Sequence record: OR228459.1
Reading direction: 5' to 3' (one strand)
DNA length: 64,000 bases
The stretch's first letter is position 1. Every line of letters begins with the position of its first letter. Made by a program: the position numbers and the translations under genes. The notes beneath the pieces are model-generated. The model had not been told where the DNA came from, did no database searches, and was given only the letters and a program-made list of their open reading frames with translations. This document shows, in pieces, positions 27,460 to 38,307 of this stretch.

Positions 27460-28227
27460 ATGACCCGCGAAGAGAAAGCAATCCAAATTGAGAAAAACTT
27501 CAATAGCATGATGGATGCATTGGAATGTCTTCTGTCTCCTGAGAGCACCGTAAACAGCATGATCGTTAGCGGTAAAGGCGGCGTCGGGAAAACATATAAC
27601 ATTGAGCAACGCCTTATGCAAGCTGACAGTAACCTTGAATGCACATACAAAAGCATTTCTGGTAAAATCACTACTATGGGTCTGTTCAAAGCTCTCTACG
27701 AATCACGTCACAGTACTGATGTGCTTCTGCTTGACGATGTTGATGTATTCGCAAATGAAACAACTATCGATTTATTGAAAGCAGTACTTGACACTACTGA
27801 TGTTCGTACTGTATCATACATCACAAGCTCAAAAGCACTAGCTGAATCTGGCATCCCACAGCAATTTGATTTCCGTGGCAAAGTAATCTTTATCACTAAC
27901 AAAAATTTAGCTCGTATGGCTAAAGCTGAGAATGCCTTGTCACCACACGTTGATGCATTGCTTACTCGTAGTATCTTTATTGATCTTCAACTCTTCACAA
28001 ACGAAGAAGTGATGATCCACATAGAAAACCTTATGCGTAAGCATAACATGCTTGTTAAGCATGGTATTAACAAACAAGGTTCTGATATGATCCTGAATTG
28101 GATGCTTAAACATGAATCTAAACTTCGTTCACCTTCATTGCGTATGCCAGTACTAATCGCTGGTATGTACAATAAATTCCCATTTGATTGGGAAGAAAAA
28201 TGTGAAAACATGTTCCTTGAAAAATAA
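27460..28227 (+). CDS. AAA+ / P-loop ATPase
   Basis: Walker A GKGGVGKT, Walker B LLLDDVD, sensor IFITN. Confidence 0.8.
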   Translation: MTREEKAIQIEKNFNSMMDALECLLSPESTVNSMIVSGKGGVGKTYNIEQRLMQADSNLECTYKSISGKITTMGLFKALYESRHSTDVLLLDDVDVFANETTIDLLKAVLDTTDVRTVSYITSSKALAESGIPQQFDFRGKVIFITNKNLARMAKAENALSPHVDALLTRSIFIDLQLFTNEEVMIHIENLMRKHNMLVKHGINKQGSDMILNWMLKHESKLRSPSLRMPVLIAGMYNKFPFDWEEKCENMFLEK

Positions 28228-28237
28228 TGGAGAATCC

Positions 28238-28555
28238 ATGATTACTTTAAACGTCATTCTAGCTCTACTCGGTGCAGTATTTCTTGTTGTTGGTTGGTAT
28301 TCAATTTGGAAAGAAACAGTATTCACTGACTTCTTTGAATTCTATATTGAAAAAAATAACATTTGGGCTGTTGTTCTACAATCATTCAACCACTCTCTAA
28401 TTCTAATTGGTTATGCTTGTGGTATTCTACGCGAAACAACAGGAGAAACATTACTGCTACTAGCATATCTAGTACTATCACTTGTATTAATGCTAGGTAC
28501 AGCATTTTTCTTTGCACCCGGTCGTTTCAAGAAGTTAAAAGGTAAACAGAAATGA
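28238..28555 (+). CDS. membrane protein
   Basis: 3 hydrophobic segments; start trimmed behind GGAG. Confidence 0.7.
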   Translation: MITLNVILALLGAVFLVVGWYSIWKETVFTDFFEFYIEKNNIWAVVLQSFNHSLILIGYACGILRETTGETLLLLAYLVLSLVLMLGTAFFFAPGRFKKLKGKQK

Positions 28556-28911
28556 ATTGGCACAACGTTAATATTGTGGTAAGCATTTACACTATACTAG
28601 TAGTGATGTTATCATTGCTAGCGTTAGGTAAGTTCTTTTGTGTAAAAGTACTGTACGATTTATATGACCGAATTAATAATTATATTGACGAAACACTTCC
28701 CGGTATATTTTGTATAGGTCTAGTCGTTGAAATAGCAACATTAATATGTTATCATTATGAGTGGAAACCGGGATTGATGTTATTATTATTTGCTATTTCG
28801 ATTATAACACTCATCGGTATTGTATTTTTAGTACTTGGGTTATTTTTCATTACATCAAAGTTTTTATCTGATTATCATCGTAAACTTAAAGAACGTAAAA
28901 ACATTTACTAG
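28552..28911 (+). CDS. membrane protein
   Basis: 3 hydrophobic segments, basic tail. Confidence 0.7.
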   Translation: MNWHNVNIVVSIYTILVVMLSLLALGKFFCVKVLYDLYDRINNYIDETLPGIFCIGLVVEIATLICYHYEWKPGLMLLLFAISIITLIGIVFLVLGLFFITSKFLSDYHRKLKERKNIY

Positions 28912-28920
28912 GAGATTATT

Positions 28921-29250
28921 ATGTTTCTACAATATTATGGCATGATTGGTTTTGCTATTGGTATTATAATCTGCTTAGTTTTTCTTTACCAATGGTATTT
29001 CAATGTAAAAGAATTTAAAGAACTAAAATACTTTGGTTCTTTCTTTTGTGTAATTGGTACTATTATGTCAGTGGTTGGTTATGTAGTATTGGTTATTTTT
29101 GATGTTGGTGGTGATAATCCCGAACAGATGTTGCGTTTCTGGAACAGATGTGGTATTATATATTCAACAATTACGATATTATTCGTGATTGAGATGCTAT
29201 TACATTATCGTTCCAAGTATATTATTGGAGATAAGAACAATGAAACCTGA
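28921..29250 (+). CDS. membrane protein
   Basis: 3 hydrophobic segments. Confidence 0.7.
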   Translation: MFLQYYGMIGFAIGIIICLVFLYQWYFNVKEFKELKYFGSFFCVIGTIMSVVGYVVLVIFDVGGDNPEQMLRFWNRCGIIYSTITILFVIEMLLHYRSKYIIGDKNNET

Positions 29251-29371
29251 TTCATGGGTTATTGAAGATATTCGCAGAATGCGGCAAACAAAAACCCGTA
29301 CACAAATCGAAGAATCATATTTAGAACTTCTATTGTGGTATGTGAAAGTACTTAATTCTAAGGAGTAATAT

Positions 29372-29710
29372 ATGTTCGGAACTACTAGTGATTTTATTGT
29401 TATTATCAGCCTAACATTAATGGTTATGTTATTCCTTGATTATGTCTTCGGTGCTGACAAACTTGAATTTGCCCGGACATTACTTGTAAAGAATCAGGAA
29501 TGGATTTTTGCACTAGGTTGGATTGGTGTTGGAACTATATTCAAATGTATTGGAATCTTCACTGATAGTGAAACACTATATGGTTTAGGAACTTTTTATG
29601 TTTGGATTATTATTGGTGCTTTCGGTATATATTATGGTTCCTTATATGTGGTAAAATTTATTTTAAATCTACGTTCTGCTAATATTGCAAAACGCAAAAA
29701 GCCCCGCTAA
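29372..29710 (+). CDS. membrane protein
   Basis: 3 hydrophobic segments, basic tail. Confidence 0.7.
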   Translation: MFGTTSDFIVIISLTLMVMLFLDYVFGADKLEFARTLLVKNQEWIFALGWIGVGTIFKCIGIFTDSETLYGLGTFYVWIIIGAFGIYYGSLYVVKFILNLRSANIAKRKKPR

Positions 29711-29721
29711 GGGGCTTTTTT
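29696..29721. terminator. bidirectional intrinsic terminator
   Basis: AAAAA-GCCCC-GCTAA-GGGGC-TTTTTT between convergent blocks. Confidence 0.85.
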
Positions 29722-30367
29722 ATTCAAATGGATATGTTGGTGGAGTTATGGATGATTCTGTATACAACGCAGAATTGCTTATTCTGATTTGGTCATAGTA
29801 AGCATTAGCAGAAGTTTCATACCCACCAATTCGTAATGGTGTGTTATAAACACCCCATCGATCACCATTAAGAATCATTTTCAAAGAACCACTGATATAT
29901 AAACGAACATCGGTTCCGCTCTGTACTAATGCTACATGTGTCCATACATTAAGTGGTATATTACTTGAAATTAGGCTAGTACCTTTCGTTCTACCCTGTA
30001 AGTACAAATTACTTGTATAGATTTTTACACCACCAGTAACACCAGTACCATTACTGATATACCAGTTATTGGTATTTCTACCAACAGCATACATGTAAAA
30101 TTCAATAGTATAATCACCTTCTTGTTTAGATACGTTAAGATCTTTCATTTGATCCACAGCTAAACTGATAAAACCAGAAGTGAATCTAAATGATTTCTCT
30201 TGTTCGGGTAATACTATAGTACTGTCTATAGAAGGAGTACTGTTTAATGTAATAACCCTTCCCGGATTCCAAACATCTTTGAATCCATCTTTAGCTCTCA
30301 TGAGCATACCATATTTTTTATCTGGTGCTGTATTAGCATATGTTAATAATCTTGAAAATGGTATCAT
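29720..30367 (-). CDS. MIPF-tag protein with LamG/concanavalin-like domain
   Basis: MIPFSRLLTYAN; YTIEFYMY..WTHVALVQ..LYISG..LRIGG..YDQIRISNSALY. Confidence 0.75.
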   Translation of the reverse strand: MIPFSRLLTYANTAPDKKYGMLMRAKDGFKDVWNPGRVITLNSTPSIDSTIVLPEQEKSFRFTSGFISLAVDQMKDLNVSKQEGDYTIEFYMYAVGRNTNNWYISNGTGVTGGVKIYTSNLYLQGRTKGTSLISSNIPLNVWTHVALVQSGTDVRLYISGSLKMILNGDRWGVYNTPLRIGGYETSANAYYDQIRISNSALYTESSITPPTYPFE

Positions 30368-30440
30368 TTTATTTTCCTTAATTTTGCAGACATATATTTA
30401 ATTAGAAAAATCCCCTAACTTTGACAGTACATGGATACAT

Positions 30441-31571
30441 TTAAAAAGGTAAATCCGTCTGTTCAGAAATAATATAACTCAATGGTGTTTGGCATATCGA
30501 ATAATTTTTACCAGCCATACTACTAGGTGGATATCCACTCATCCAAATTTTATTACCTGACCAGAAATAATTAATATACGTTCCACCACTATATGACATA
30601 TTCGTATTATAAGAACTGAAATCTACTTCTTTCCATGATTCAAAATATGGTAAATTATTGCTGGACTGACTATTAATAGGACTATACCCTGTACTAACAA
30701 GTTTATTTGTATCAGAATTGTGTAGATATAATCTACTAGGAGATGGAGATATATTGTCATTATAAAATTTACTCATGTCACCTATATTGAATCCAACATT
30801 AATACTTTTTTGACTTAAACCTGAAACCCCTGTATTTGATGTACCGGTAACATGGATAATATTATCAGTACTTATAACAATTATACCATTATTATAATAA
30901 ATGGTATTAGGTGTGAAAGATATATCTTTAAGTACTTCGGTAAACGTAACTTTATCTCCCGGTTGGTCATTTATTTGCAGGGAGTTATTATTTCCAGCAC
31001 CCCAAATAGTATTATCATTTTTTACAATAAAACATGTGTCTCCGCCAGCATCACCAAAAACACTTTTAACATTTTCAGACATTAATACCCAATCACTAAC
31101 AAATGTTTTAGTTCCATTTCCAATAGAACCATTGCGATTATATCCTCTACCATAAAGTTTACCATCATTTAACAAAACAAAGACAGTGTATCCAGCGATA
31201 ATATTTTTAATATTAGATATATCGAAAGCTGAAAAGTACTGACTTACATCTGTAAATCCCTGCTGGATTGTATTCGCATTATGAAAGCAATATAATGATC
31301 CAGTAGCATACATTTTACCATCAGTCTTATGAGCAAAAGTAACATACCCTGTCCAGAAGTTTACAACATCTTGTGCAGACAAGACAATATCTCCTGTTAT
31401 ATTCAAAGCTGTACTTCCACCCCATAGGTAATCATTATCAACACCATGTGCATATAAATCCCCGTTTTCTAAGAGGATCAGACCACGGGTGTTATATGAC
31501 AAAATTTTTTTAATACTTGGTAATCCGGGTGCTATATTAGCATAATTTAATATACGAGTGAATGGTATCAT
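30441..31571 (-). CDS. MIPF-tag RCC1/BLIP-II-like beta-propeller protein
   Basis: MIPFTRILNYAN (start trimmed from 31595); LLNDGKLYGRGYNRNGSIGNG. Confidence 0.75.
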   Translation of the reverse strand: MIPFTRILNYANIAPGLPSIKKILSYNTRGLILLENGDLYAHGVDNDYLWGGSTALNITGDIVLSAQDVVNFWTGYVTFAHKTDGKMYATGSLYCFHNANTIQQGFTDVSQYFSAFDISNIKNIIAGYTVFVLLNDGKLYGRGYNRNGSIGNGTKTFVSDWVLMSENVKSVFGDAGGDTCFIVKNDNTIWGAGNNNSLQINDQPGDKVTFTEVLKDISFTPNTIYYNNGIIVISTDNIIHVTGTSNTGVSGLSQKSINVGFNIGDMSKFYNDNISPSPSRLYLHNSDTNKLVSTGYSPINSQSSNNLPYFESWKEVDFSSYNTNMSYSGGTYINYFWSGNKIWMSGYPPSSMAGKNYSICQTPLSYIISEQTDLPF

Positions 31572-31582
31572 TTTATTTCTCC

Positions 31583-32761
31583 TTACGTGTTCCACGGTAA
31601 TTTTATTGGTGTGAATTTTGGATACAAAATAGTTGCTTCTAAACCGGGTAAGTACTTACCTTGTCCAGCACCATAAACATTCCCATTAACATCACACAGT
31701 ATTGTTGAATAATTTCCACATGCAGTTATTGTTTTTATTTCTGAACCTTTTACTTGTACATCCCCTCCACCAAAAATAGTTGGTAGGTAATTAACAATAG
31801 TTGCCACAGTAGAACCAGTACCAGATGAATACGAACTCGCATTATTATATCCATTAACCATCAATCTATCATAACCATCAACAATATATGTAAGAACATT
31901 AAATGTAGTGAATGATGATTTTGCAGGTAATGACAATGTATTAGTAACTAATGTTGGTTTTTGAACCGGGGCAGGTGAAGCAGTACTTCCCGGTGTTGCA
32001 GTACTATAATAATTTGTACCCCATGAATATACATTACCATCAATTGTGATACATTTATAGGATAATGCATCGCTTGATAACGATTTACACTTTTGATTAT
32101 TTGGTAACACCAATCTTGTAAATGATAAAAGTGTAACCCCGTTATTGGCAATGCCAGAATTATTATCATTTCCACATCGGTATAGTTCTCCGGTTTTAGT
32201 AAGGAGCCATGTTGCAATATTTCCATTAACATCAAGTACTTCCTCTACTGGCCCACCAGTATGCTGTAACATAGTCCATGTTAATGGTGCGGTACTTAAT
32301 CCAAATGATGGATAATTAGTTGGACTAATTACTTTTACAACCCCAGAACTATCAATTTTATATAATCCATGTCTAGTAGTAAATAACTTATGAATATCAT
32401 TGCCATCTGATAGCATTAGATCAGTGAAATCAGTAAATGTATTTGTATTCGATGCATTTGGTATAACAGACGCAATCCAACCCGTATAAAACCATTTTCC
32501 ATCTACTGTTTTGATTATACATCCCGGAGTCATATCTTCTATCCAAAAGTCTTCTACGTCATCGCGAAGAATATGCCATCCATCTAAAAAATTATTAATG
32601 TCTTGACCATTGCCAAATTCACCATTACTACTTTCACCGAATGCATATAATATATTATTATTATCTAACAGATAAAGTGCTTTTTGCCATCCTGCTATTT
32701 TCTTTACAAATTTGTTTTGTACGGTATTTCCATACGTTAATATCCTTGCGAATGGTATCAT
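31583..32761 (-). CDS. MIPF-tag RCC1-like beta-propeller protein
   Basis: MIPFARILTYGN; FGESSNGEFGNG, GNVYSWGTN. Confidence 0.75.
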   Translation of the reverse strand: MIPFARILTYGNTVQNKFVKKIAGWQKALYLLDNNNILYAFGESSNGEFGNGQDINNFLDGWHILRDDVEDFWIEDMTPGCIIKTVDGKWFYTGWIASVIPNASNTNTFTDFTDLMLSDGNDIHKLFTTRHGLYKIDSSGVVKVISPTNYPSFGLSTAPLTWTMLQHTGGPVEEVLDVNGNIATWLLTKTGELYRCGNDNNSGIANNGVTLLSFTRLVLPNNQKCKSLSSDALSYKCITIDGNVYSWGTNYYSTATPGSTASPAPVQKPTLVTNTLSLPAKSSFTTFNVLTYIVDGYDRLMVNGYNNASSYSSGTGSTVATIVNYLPTIFGGGDVQVKGSEIKTITACGNYSTILCDVNGNVYGAGQGKYLPGLEATILYPKFTPIKLPWNT

Positions 32762-33954
32762 TTTATATCTCCTTGATTTACATTCAATCCATGTTTCATT
32801 GATTCTTTCGTTAAATCTTTTGGGAATTTACCAAATTTGTCTGATATATTAGTATAAGTATCATATGTAATTATTTCTGTTTTAGTATTAAATCTACCAC
32901 ACATATATATTGAACCATCTTTCAAGTATACATAAGTTGCTGAGTTACCTAAATCAAGATACACAATATCATTAGTATTAAATGGAACTTGAACTTTTAC
33001 TGGAGATACTCTAACGGTTCCATCATTTAATCCTCTAAATGAAGTATTTCCGGTAACATACATACCTTCATTTGTGTAATACATAGTTGTATTACAGTTT
33101 GAAAATGAATTATCAGCAAGACCTATAATACTGGTTCTCATAGGCCATGAATTACTTATTATAGTGGTTGACGTTAGATTATTAGTAGAACCATTACCAA
33201 ATACACCATTAAAACCAAATCCTCTTCCATACCACGTTTTATCAACATAAGAAGGAAAAATTATTGCATATTGATGATCCTGTAGTGATTTACCATATAT
33301 CTCATCAGTACTAGCATTTCCAATTAATACTGGATATGAATAAAAAGTACTTTCAGGGGCTGATGAAAATATACTAGCTATATTTTGACCACCACCATGT
33401 ACTTGACCCGATGTATTAATTGTCCACCAGTTTGTACCACTATTACCTATAGCTATAATATTTGTACTTACTAAATTCCAATTTGTATATGGCACTGTAC
33501 TAGAGTTTAAACCCCTTTGTGAACCAATCACTCTGAAAAAATTATTATTATCTATGAAACCAATACTAGGGGAACCTGTATTAAATGAAACTGTATCAAT
33601 AATAATAGAGCCTGAAGAAAAGAAAATATCTTCTTTGAAAGTTGTTTCCATTGTATTGTCATTACTAGTACGATAAACTCTAGAACCCGTATAATAGACT
33701 TTATTATTAGTTTCTTGAAGCATCAAAGAGTTCCCAAATTGATCCATCCAGAAATTTTTTACGTTATTTCTTATAAGTGTCCAATCTTCATGCCATACTT
33801 TTGCTTGACCATCACCAAAAGCACCATTGCCTCTACCATGCAATTCCCCATTACTTAATAAAATCATCCAAGATGCTGTACTGAATTGTATTTTAACAAT
33901 CTTAGAATCTTCCGCTATATTGCCATAATTTAACATTCTTGTGAACGGTATCAT
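32758..33954 (-). CDS. MIPF-tag RCC1-like beta-propeller protein (divergent)
   Basis: MIPFTRMLNYGN; LSNGELHGRG, GFGFNGVFGNG. Confidence 0.7.
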   Translation of the reverse strand: MIPFTRMLNYGNIAEDSKIVKIQFSTASWMILLSNGELHGRGNGAFGDGQAKVWHEDWTLIRNNVKNFWMDQFGNSLMLQETNNKVYYTGSRVYRTSNDNTMETTFKEDIFFSSGSIIIDTVSFNTGSPSIGFIDNNNFFRVIGSQRGLNSSTVPYTNWNLVSTNIIAIGNSGTNWWTINTSGQVHGGGQNIASIFSSAPESTFYSYPVLIGNASTDEIYGKSLQDHQYAIIFPSYVDKTWYGRGFGFNGVFGNGSTNNLTSTTIISNSWPMRTSIIGLADNSFSNCNTTMYYTNEGMYVTGNTSFRGLNDGTVRVSPVKVQVPFNTNDIVYLDLGNSATYVYLKDGSIYMCGRFNTKTEIITYDTYTNISDKFGKFPKDLTKESMKHGLNVNQGDIK

Positions 33955-33964
33955 CCCCTTCTCC

Positions 33965-35131
33965 TTATATTATTCTTGGTTGCATTGGAACTTTATTCCA
34001 TTTGGTAAAATCTTCAGTTGACCCCGGTATCCATCTTGAATTACCCACTGCATATACCGTATTTTCATGCCAATAATACACGTAATAACCACCTTGAACA
34101 ACATGTGTTGGATCGAAGATAATATCTTGAAGAAAACCATTTTGCACTAAGGTTGAATATATTATTGTTGATGTATTACCTATTCCAAATCTACCATAGT
34201 AATCAGAACCAGAACTATATATAGATTCTGAAGTACAAAGATAAATTGCTCCTTCACTGCAAAAACTATTTGTGTACTGAACAAATTTACTGGCTAATTC
34301 AGAATCAATTAATGTATTTTTTGTTAGTGTCGTGTAATAAGAAGATGCAGTAGTCCCATCAGCACATAAACCATTACCACGAAACCCGCTCATATATACA
34401 TCATTGCTTTCTGTAATAATCAAGACATTATTAGCACTTAAAATAATGGTTTTTATTGGCAATGTAAACGGTACTTTATAGAATATAGGTTGCTCACTTG
34501 AAAATCCTAGACCTAAAGTTCCATATAAATTTCTTCCAGTACCGAAAAGTTCACCTGATGTACTAATATAAAATGAGGCATCACTTGATGAACTTAATGA
34601 ACTATAAATTTCTTTCACTCCACTAGCTACACGTTTAAATGATGCTGAAGGTGTAGTACCTAAACCAATATTACCGTACTGATTATTTGATGCATATGTT
34701 CCTTGACCAATAGCATAAAGCTGTTCATCTTGTAATAAAAATAATCCTCTACTTCCAAACATTAATTTGGCTTTGTTTAAATCAAAGTTATTGAAAGTTG
34801 ATGTTATTTCAGTAAATGTATTTAAATATCCAGATGATGCTCCCAATGATGCTCGATAACCAGTAAAAAACACTTTATTATTTTCAGTAATAATTAAAGT
34901 ACAGTCAACACCAACATATATATCTTTTATATTTTCGATTGGACATTTTACCCATGTATTTTTGTTTACTAATGTTCCATCACCTAATTGACCACTTGTA
35001 TTATCACCAGTACCAAATGCTTGACCATCATCAAATAGTACAAAAATAAATCCATAATACGAAACAACTTTTTTAATTTTAGTTTTTGGTAAAATATTAC
35101 CATATGATATAATTCTTGCAAATGGAATCAT
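33965..35131 (-). CDS. MIPF-tag RCC1-like beta-propeller protein
   Basis: MIPFARIISYGN; GDNTSGQLGDGT, GRNLYGTLGLG. Confidence 0.8.
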   Translation of the reverse strand: MIPFARIISYGNILPKTKIKKVVSYYGFIFVLFDDGQAFGTGDNTSGQLGDGTLVNKNTWVKCPIENIKDIYVGVDCTLIITENNKVFFTGYRASLGASSGYLNTFTEITSTFNNFDLNKAKLMFGSRGLFLLQDEQLYAIGQGTYASNNQYGNIGLGTTPSASFKRVASGVKEIYSSLSSSSDASFYISTSGELFGTGRNLYGTLGLGFSSEQPIFYKVPFTLPIKTIILSANNVLIITESNDVYMSGFRGNGLCADGTTASSYYTTLTKNTLIDSELASKFVQYTNSFCSEGAIYLCTSESIYSSGSDYYGRFGIGNTSTIIYSTLVQNGFLQDIIFDPTHVVQGGYYVYYWHENTVYAVGNSRWIPGSTEDFTKWNKVPMQPRII

Positions 35132-35168
35132 AATCCCCTCATAATTCTTGTAATTATATTATATTTAA
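35132..35168 (-). repeat. 37-bp late promoter/RBS block, identical to 38221..38257
   Basis: AATCCCCTCATAATTCTTGTAATTATATTATATTTAA at both sites; contains TAAATA and GAGGGG on the - strand. Confidence 0.85.
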
Positions 35169-35171
35169 TTA

Positions 35172-35206
35172 AAAAAGGTCAGTACTGGTATTGTACTGAC
35201 CTTTTT
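35172..35206 (-). terminator. intrinsic terminator
   Basis: AAAAAGGTCAGTAC-TGGTATT-GTACTGACCTTTTT. Confidence 0.8.
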
Positions 35207-35207
35207 A

Positions 35208-36329
35208 TTATTTCCAAGGCATTTTTTCATCGGCAAGTCGAGTAAGCCTATTAAAAAATGAAATTCCATTTATTGGTGTATTACCACATACAAACATATC
35301 ATCGTTATTATCAATAACCATTGAAAATAAATTATCACCACCAAATGAAACAATATTAGATACTGTACCGAATATCATTGGTGTTAGTGTAGCTTGTGCT
35401 GATGAAGATGCACCATTACCACATTGTCCATAGCTATTAAATCCACAACGCCATATTTGATTGTTAATCCATATCATCGGTGACATACCCAAACTGTTTG
35501 TTAAAGAACCAATTACTCTTAATGGTACAGAAGGATCAAATTGAGTACTGATCTGTACTGAATTAAGTACTGGATTTGTATTACCAACCGAACCTTGACC
35601 TTGTGTGTTAATTGATGCAGTTCGTATAGAACCATCTTTCATAAAATAATATGTTGTATAAAACGTATTAGCAGTGTACAATACATCATCCAATGTTTTC
35701 GTAAATGTAGGTACTGAGGTTGGTGTAGTACCAGATAACATCATCATTCCTGCATAATAACAACTTCCATCACTTAATATTAAACAGGTTGTATTGAATG
35801 AACAGGACATGTACTGAACGTTTTCGATTGAACTATATGTGAATTTAGTAACACTAGCAGAACTACCAGTACCGAAACACCCAGCACTATTGCTTCCATA
35901 AAAGAACCATTTTCCATTATTCAATAATACTCTAATACCTTCAGCAATGTAAACACTTTTTATATCATCTGGCGATACCCCAAAATCTGAAAAGTACTTC
36001 GTTACATTAACAAAGGATCTTGTATTTTGTGCTATTGGCATACCATATGTACTTCCAGTGTACCACATTATATTATCTTCATCTATAGCCAGTGTTCCAT
36101 GTACACCACCGAAATATCTTTTCACTCTGGTTAATACCTTAGTCCACGATGATAGGTTCGTTGTATCACCAGTTCCTAATTGACCCAAGTTATTCTGTCC
36201 AATTGCATATAGATCACCATTACGGTGTAAATACCATGCTGCACTGTAATTTACCTGAACTCGTTCACCCAATATAGTCGGTGCTTTAACTTCATTGCCA
36301 TAACTTAATATTCTTGTAAATGGTATCAT
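35208..36329 (-). CDS. MIPF-tag RCC1-like beta-propeller protein
   Basis: MIPFTRILSYGN; GQNNLGQLGTGD, GFNSYGQCGNG. Confidence 0.8.
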   Translation of the reverse strand: MIPFTRILSYGNEVKAPTILGERVQVNYSAAWYLHRNGDLYAIGQNNLGQLGTGDTTNLSSWTKVLTRVKRYFGGVHGTLAIDEDNIMWYTGSTYGMPIAQNTRSFVNVTKYFSDFGVSPDDIKSVYIAEGIRVLLNNGKWFFYGSNSAGCFGTGSSASVTKFTYSSIENVQYMSCSFNTTCLILSDGSCYYAGMMMLSGTTPTSVPTFTKTLDDVLYTANTFYTTYYFMKDGSIRTASINTQGQGSVGNTNPVLNSVQISTQFDPSVPLRVIGSLTNSLGMSPMIWINNQIWRCGFNSYGQCGNGASSSAQATLTPMIFGTVSNIVSFGGDNLFSMVIDNNDDMFVCGNTPINGISFFNRLTRLADEKMPWK

Positions 36330-36351
36330 TATTATTCCTCGATTATTTTAA

Positions 36352-37521
36352 TTACATTGGCAATACCAACGGAAGTACTGAACCAATACCATATGTTGGA
36401 ACATTACTTTGTATTGTTGGTGCTGTATTTTTTGGTGAAGATGTGGCTATATTAGGAAAAGATGAAGATGGATTAAACAATACTATATTACCAGAACCAC
36501 TCATAAGCATCAACCCATCGTATTTCTCATTTTGTGCACATTTCTCGAATGTTCCAATGTCAACTGTAGAATTCACATAGTTTTTACTTCTATGTCCACA
36601 ACCATATATTTCATTATCAACTGTCATGTAATATGATACGCTTCCTGAACTCGTATTAATAAATTTAAAATAGCTACGGAAATTAGCTGGTAGAATTGGT
36701 AATGTTCCTGATACGAATCCATAAAACCCACTATTAGTATTACCATTACCCAACGAACCATATGATCCCCATCCAGTTCCGTAATATGTCCCATCAGATA
36801 AAAAAATTATACAATTGTTATTGCACATTTTAATTTGATTGATTTTTTGAACATCCACACCCGGAAATGATTCAGTAAATGTTAATACATTAGAAACACT
36901 ACTTGCATTACATTGGTTTTGTGTATTACGTCCAGATGATAGTACTGTGCCATCTTCTAAGATAATTCTTGCTGCTCCAGTACCAGACATACATGCTACC
37001 GCATTTGATGAATTAAACAATTTCTTTAACGAAAAAAAACCAACATTGGCTTTCCCTTGACCTGACCAACCTTCTGTATCAGTACCAATACCCCACACCG
37101 AACCATCATTATGAATAAGCATAAGACCATTTCTATCAATATTAATGTATTTTATCTCATTAATATCTATTCCGACAAAACTAGATGTAACGTCAATCCA
37201 TGTATTCGAAACTGTTACAGAACTTTTCAATACGTTGTGACCCGTTAACATAACTTTACCAGTACTTGTAATATATATTGTTTGTGAAAAACCAGTACTA
37301 CATAACCTAACTTCATCAACTTCGGGAACCATAATCCACTCATTAAATGAATTTGTGTTATTTCCAGTACCCAATTGACCATTGGCATTACTACCAGACA
37401 AATATAACTTTTCATTGTAAATCAATGAATACGTTTCACTATATTCTGAAGTACTCAATAAAATTGATTTTGGTATTGGTGGTGTATTTCCATATAACAT
37501 GATTCTAGCAAATGGTATCAT
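36352..37521 (-). CDS. MIPF-tag RCC1-like beta-propeller protein
   Basis: MIPFARIMLYGN (start trimmed from 37536); GSNANGQLGTGN, GWGSYGSLGNG. Confidence 0.8.
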   Translation of the reverse strand: MIPFARIMLYGNTPPIPKSILLSTSEYSETYSLIYNEKLYLSGSNANGQLGTGNNTNSFNEWIMVPEVDEVRLCSTGFSQTIYITSTGKVMLTGHNVLKSSVTVSNTWIDVTSSFVGIDINEIKYINIDRNGLMLIHNDGSVWGIGTDTEGWSGQGKANVGFFSLKKLFNSSNAVACMSGTGAARIILEDGTVLSSGRNTQNQCNASSVSNVLTFTESFPGVDVQKINQIKMCNNNCIIFLSDGTYYGTGWGSYGSLGNGNTNSGFYGFVSGTLPILPANFRSYFKFINTSSGSVSYYMTVDNEIYGCGHRSKNYVNSTVDIGTFEKCAQNEKYDGLMLMSGSGNIVLFNPSSSFPNIATSSPKNTAPTIQSNVPTYGIGSVLPLVLPM

Positions 37522-38220
37522 ATTTGAACCTCCCACATCTTAACATATTGTATCCTACCTTTGAATAAAACTGGATTAGCATTATTATCTCCAGCAACAT
37601 ATGAGCCAAATAAACTAAAATACTGATTATCTGGTGATAATATTTGATACCAAGGAAATGTTTGTGTTTCATTAAAAAGTTCAGAATGTACAGTAACAGA
37701 AATACCTTTTCTAAACTCCATTTTTATAGTATCCCATGCATTGGGGTTAGACCATGTTGGAAGTATTCGGGCAAAATTATTTCCCCAATCTATGAATACT
37801 TGATTATATGTAGCACTATATTGGTTGAATGCATTAACAAATCCCGATATTCTTCTGCTATTATAATTACCAGTTTCAAATAACGTTTGCCCCCCCAAGT
37901 GGTGAACATTTCATTCTATATTCTATGGCAAATGCATTATACAGACTGAAGTCTAATTTGATTCCTTTTACTGGATTTATAGTTCTAAAATAAACACTAC
38001 TATTTGTACAATCCAATACATTAGACCCTATTTCATCATCATATACCACAGTTCCGGCGATGGGATTAGTTATACCTATTTGTGAACGTTGTAAAAATGC
38101 ATTACCTGCTCTATCAGGAATACCAGTACTACCAATTTTTTGAGTACTGTAATCTACATCAAGTATCATTTTTTCGGGTGCAATATTCCCGTATTTTAAT
38201 ATCATTGAAAATGGTATCAT
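37518..38220 (-). pseudogene. MIPF-tag LamG-like gene split by a frameshift in a G7 tract
   Basis: ORFs 37876..38220 and 37518..37898 fuse into one 233-aa frame if one G is removed from G7 (C7 at 37890-37896 on +). Confidence 0.7.
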
Positions 38221-38257
38221 AATCCCCTCATAATTCTTGTAATTATATTATATTTAA
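38221..38257 (-). repeat. 37-bp late promoter/RBS block, identical to 35132..35168
   Basis: Direct sequence identity. Confidence 0.85.
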
Positions 38258-38307
38258 CCAAAAAAAGCCAGTACACCATTTTTAGTACTACACGAAATTT
38301 AAGTTTA

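Noticed and set aside
37518-37898. Independent 126-aa gene
   Set aside because: TTG start inside the G run with no SD or MIPF tag; better explained as the frameshifted 3' half of 38220.
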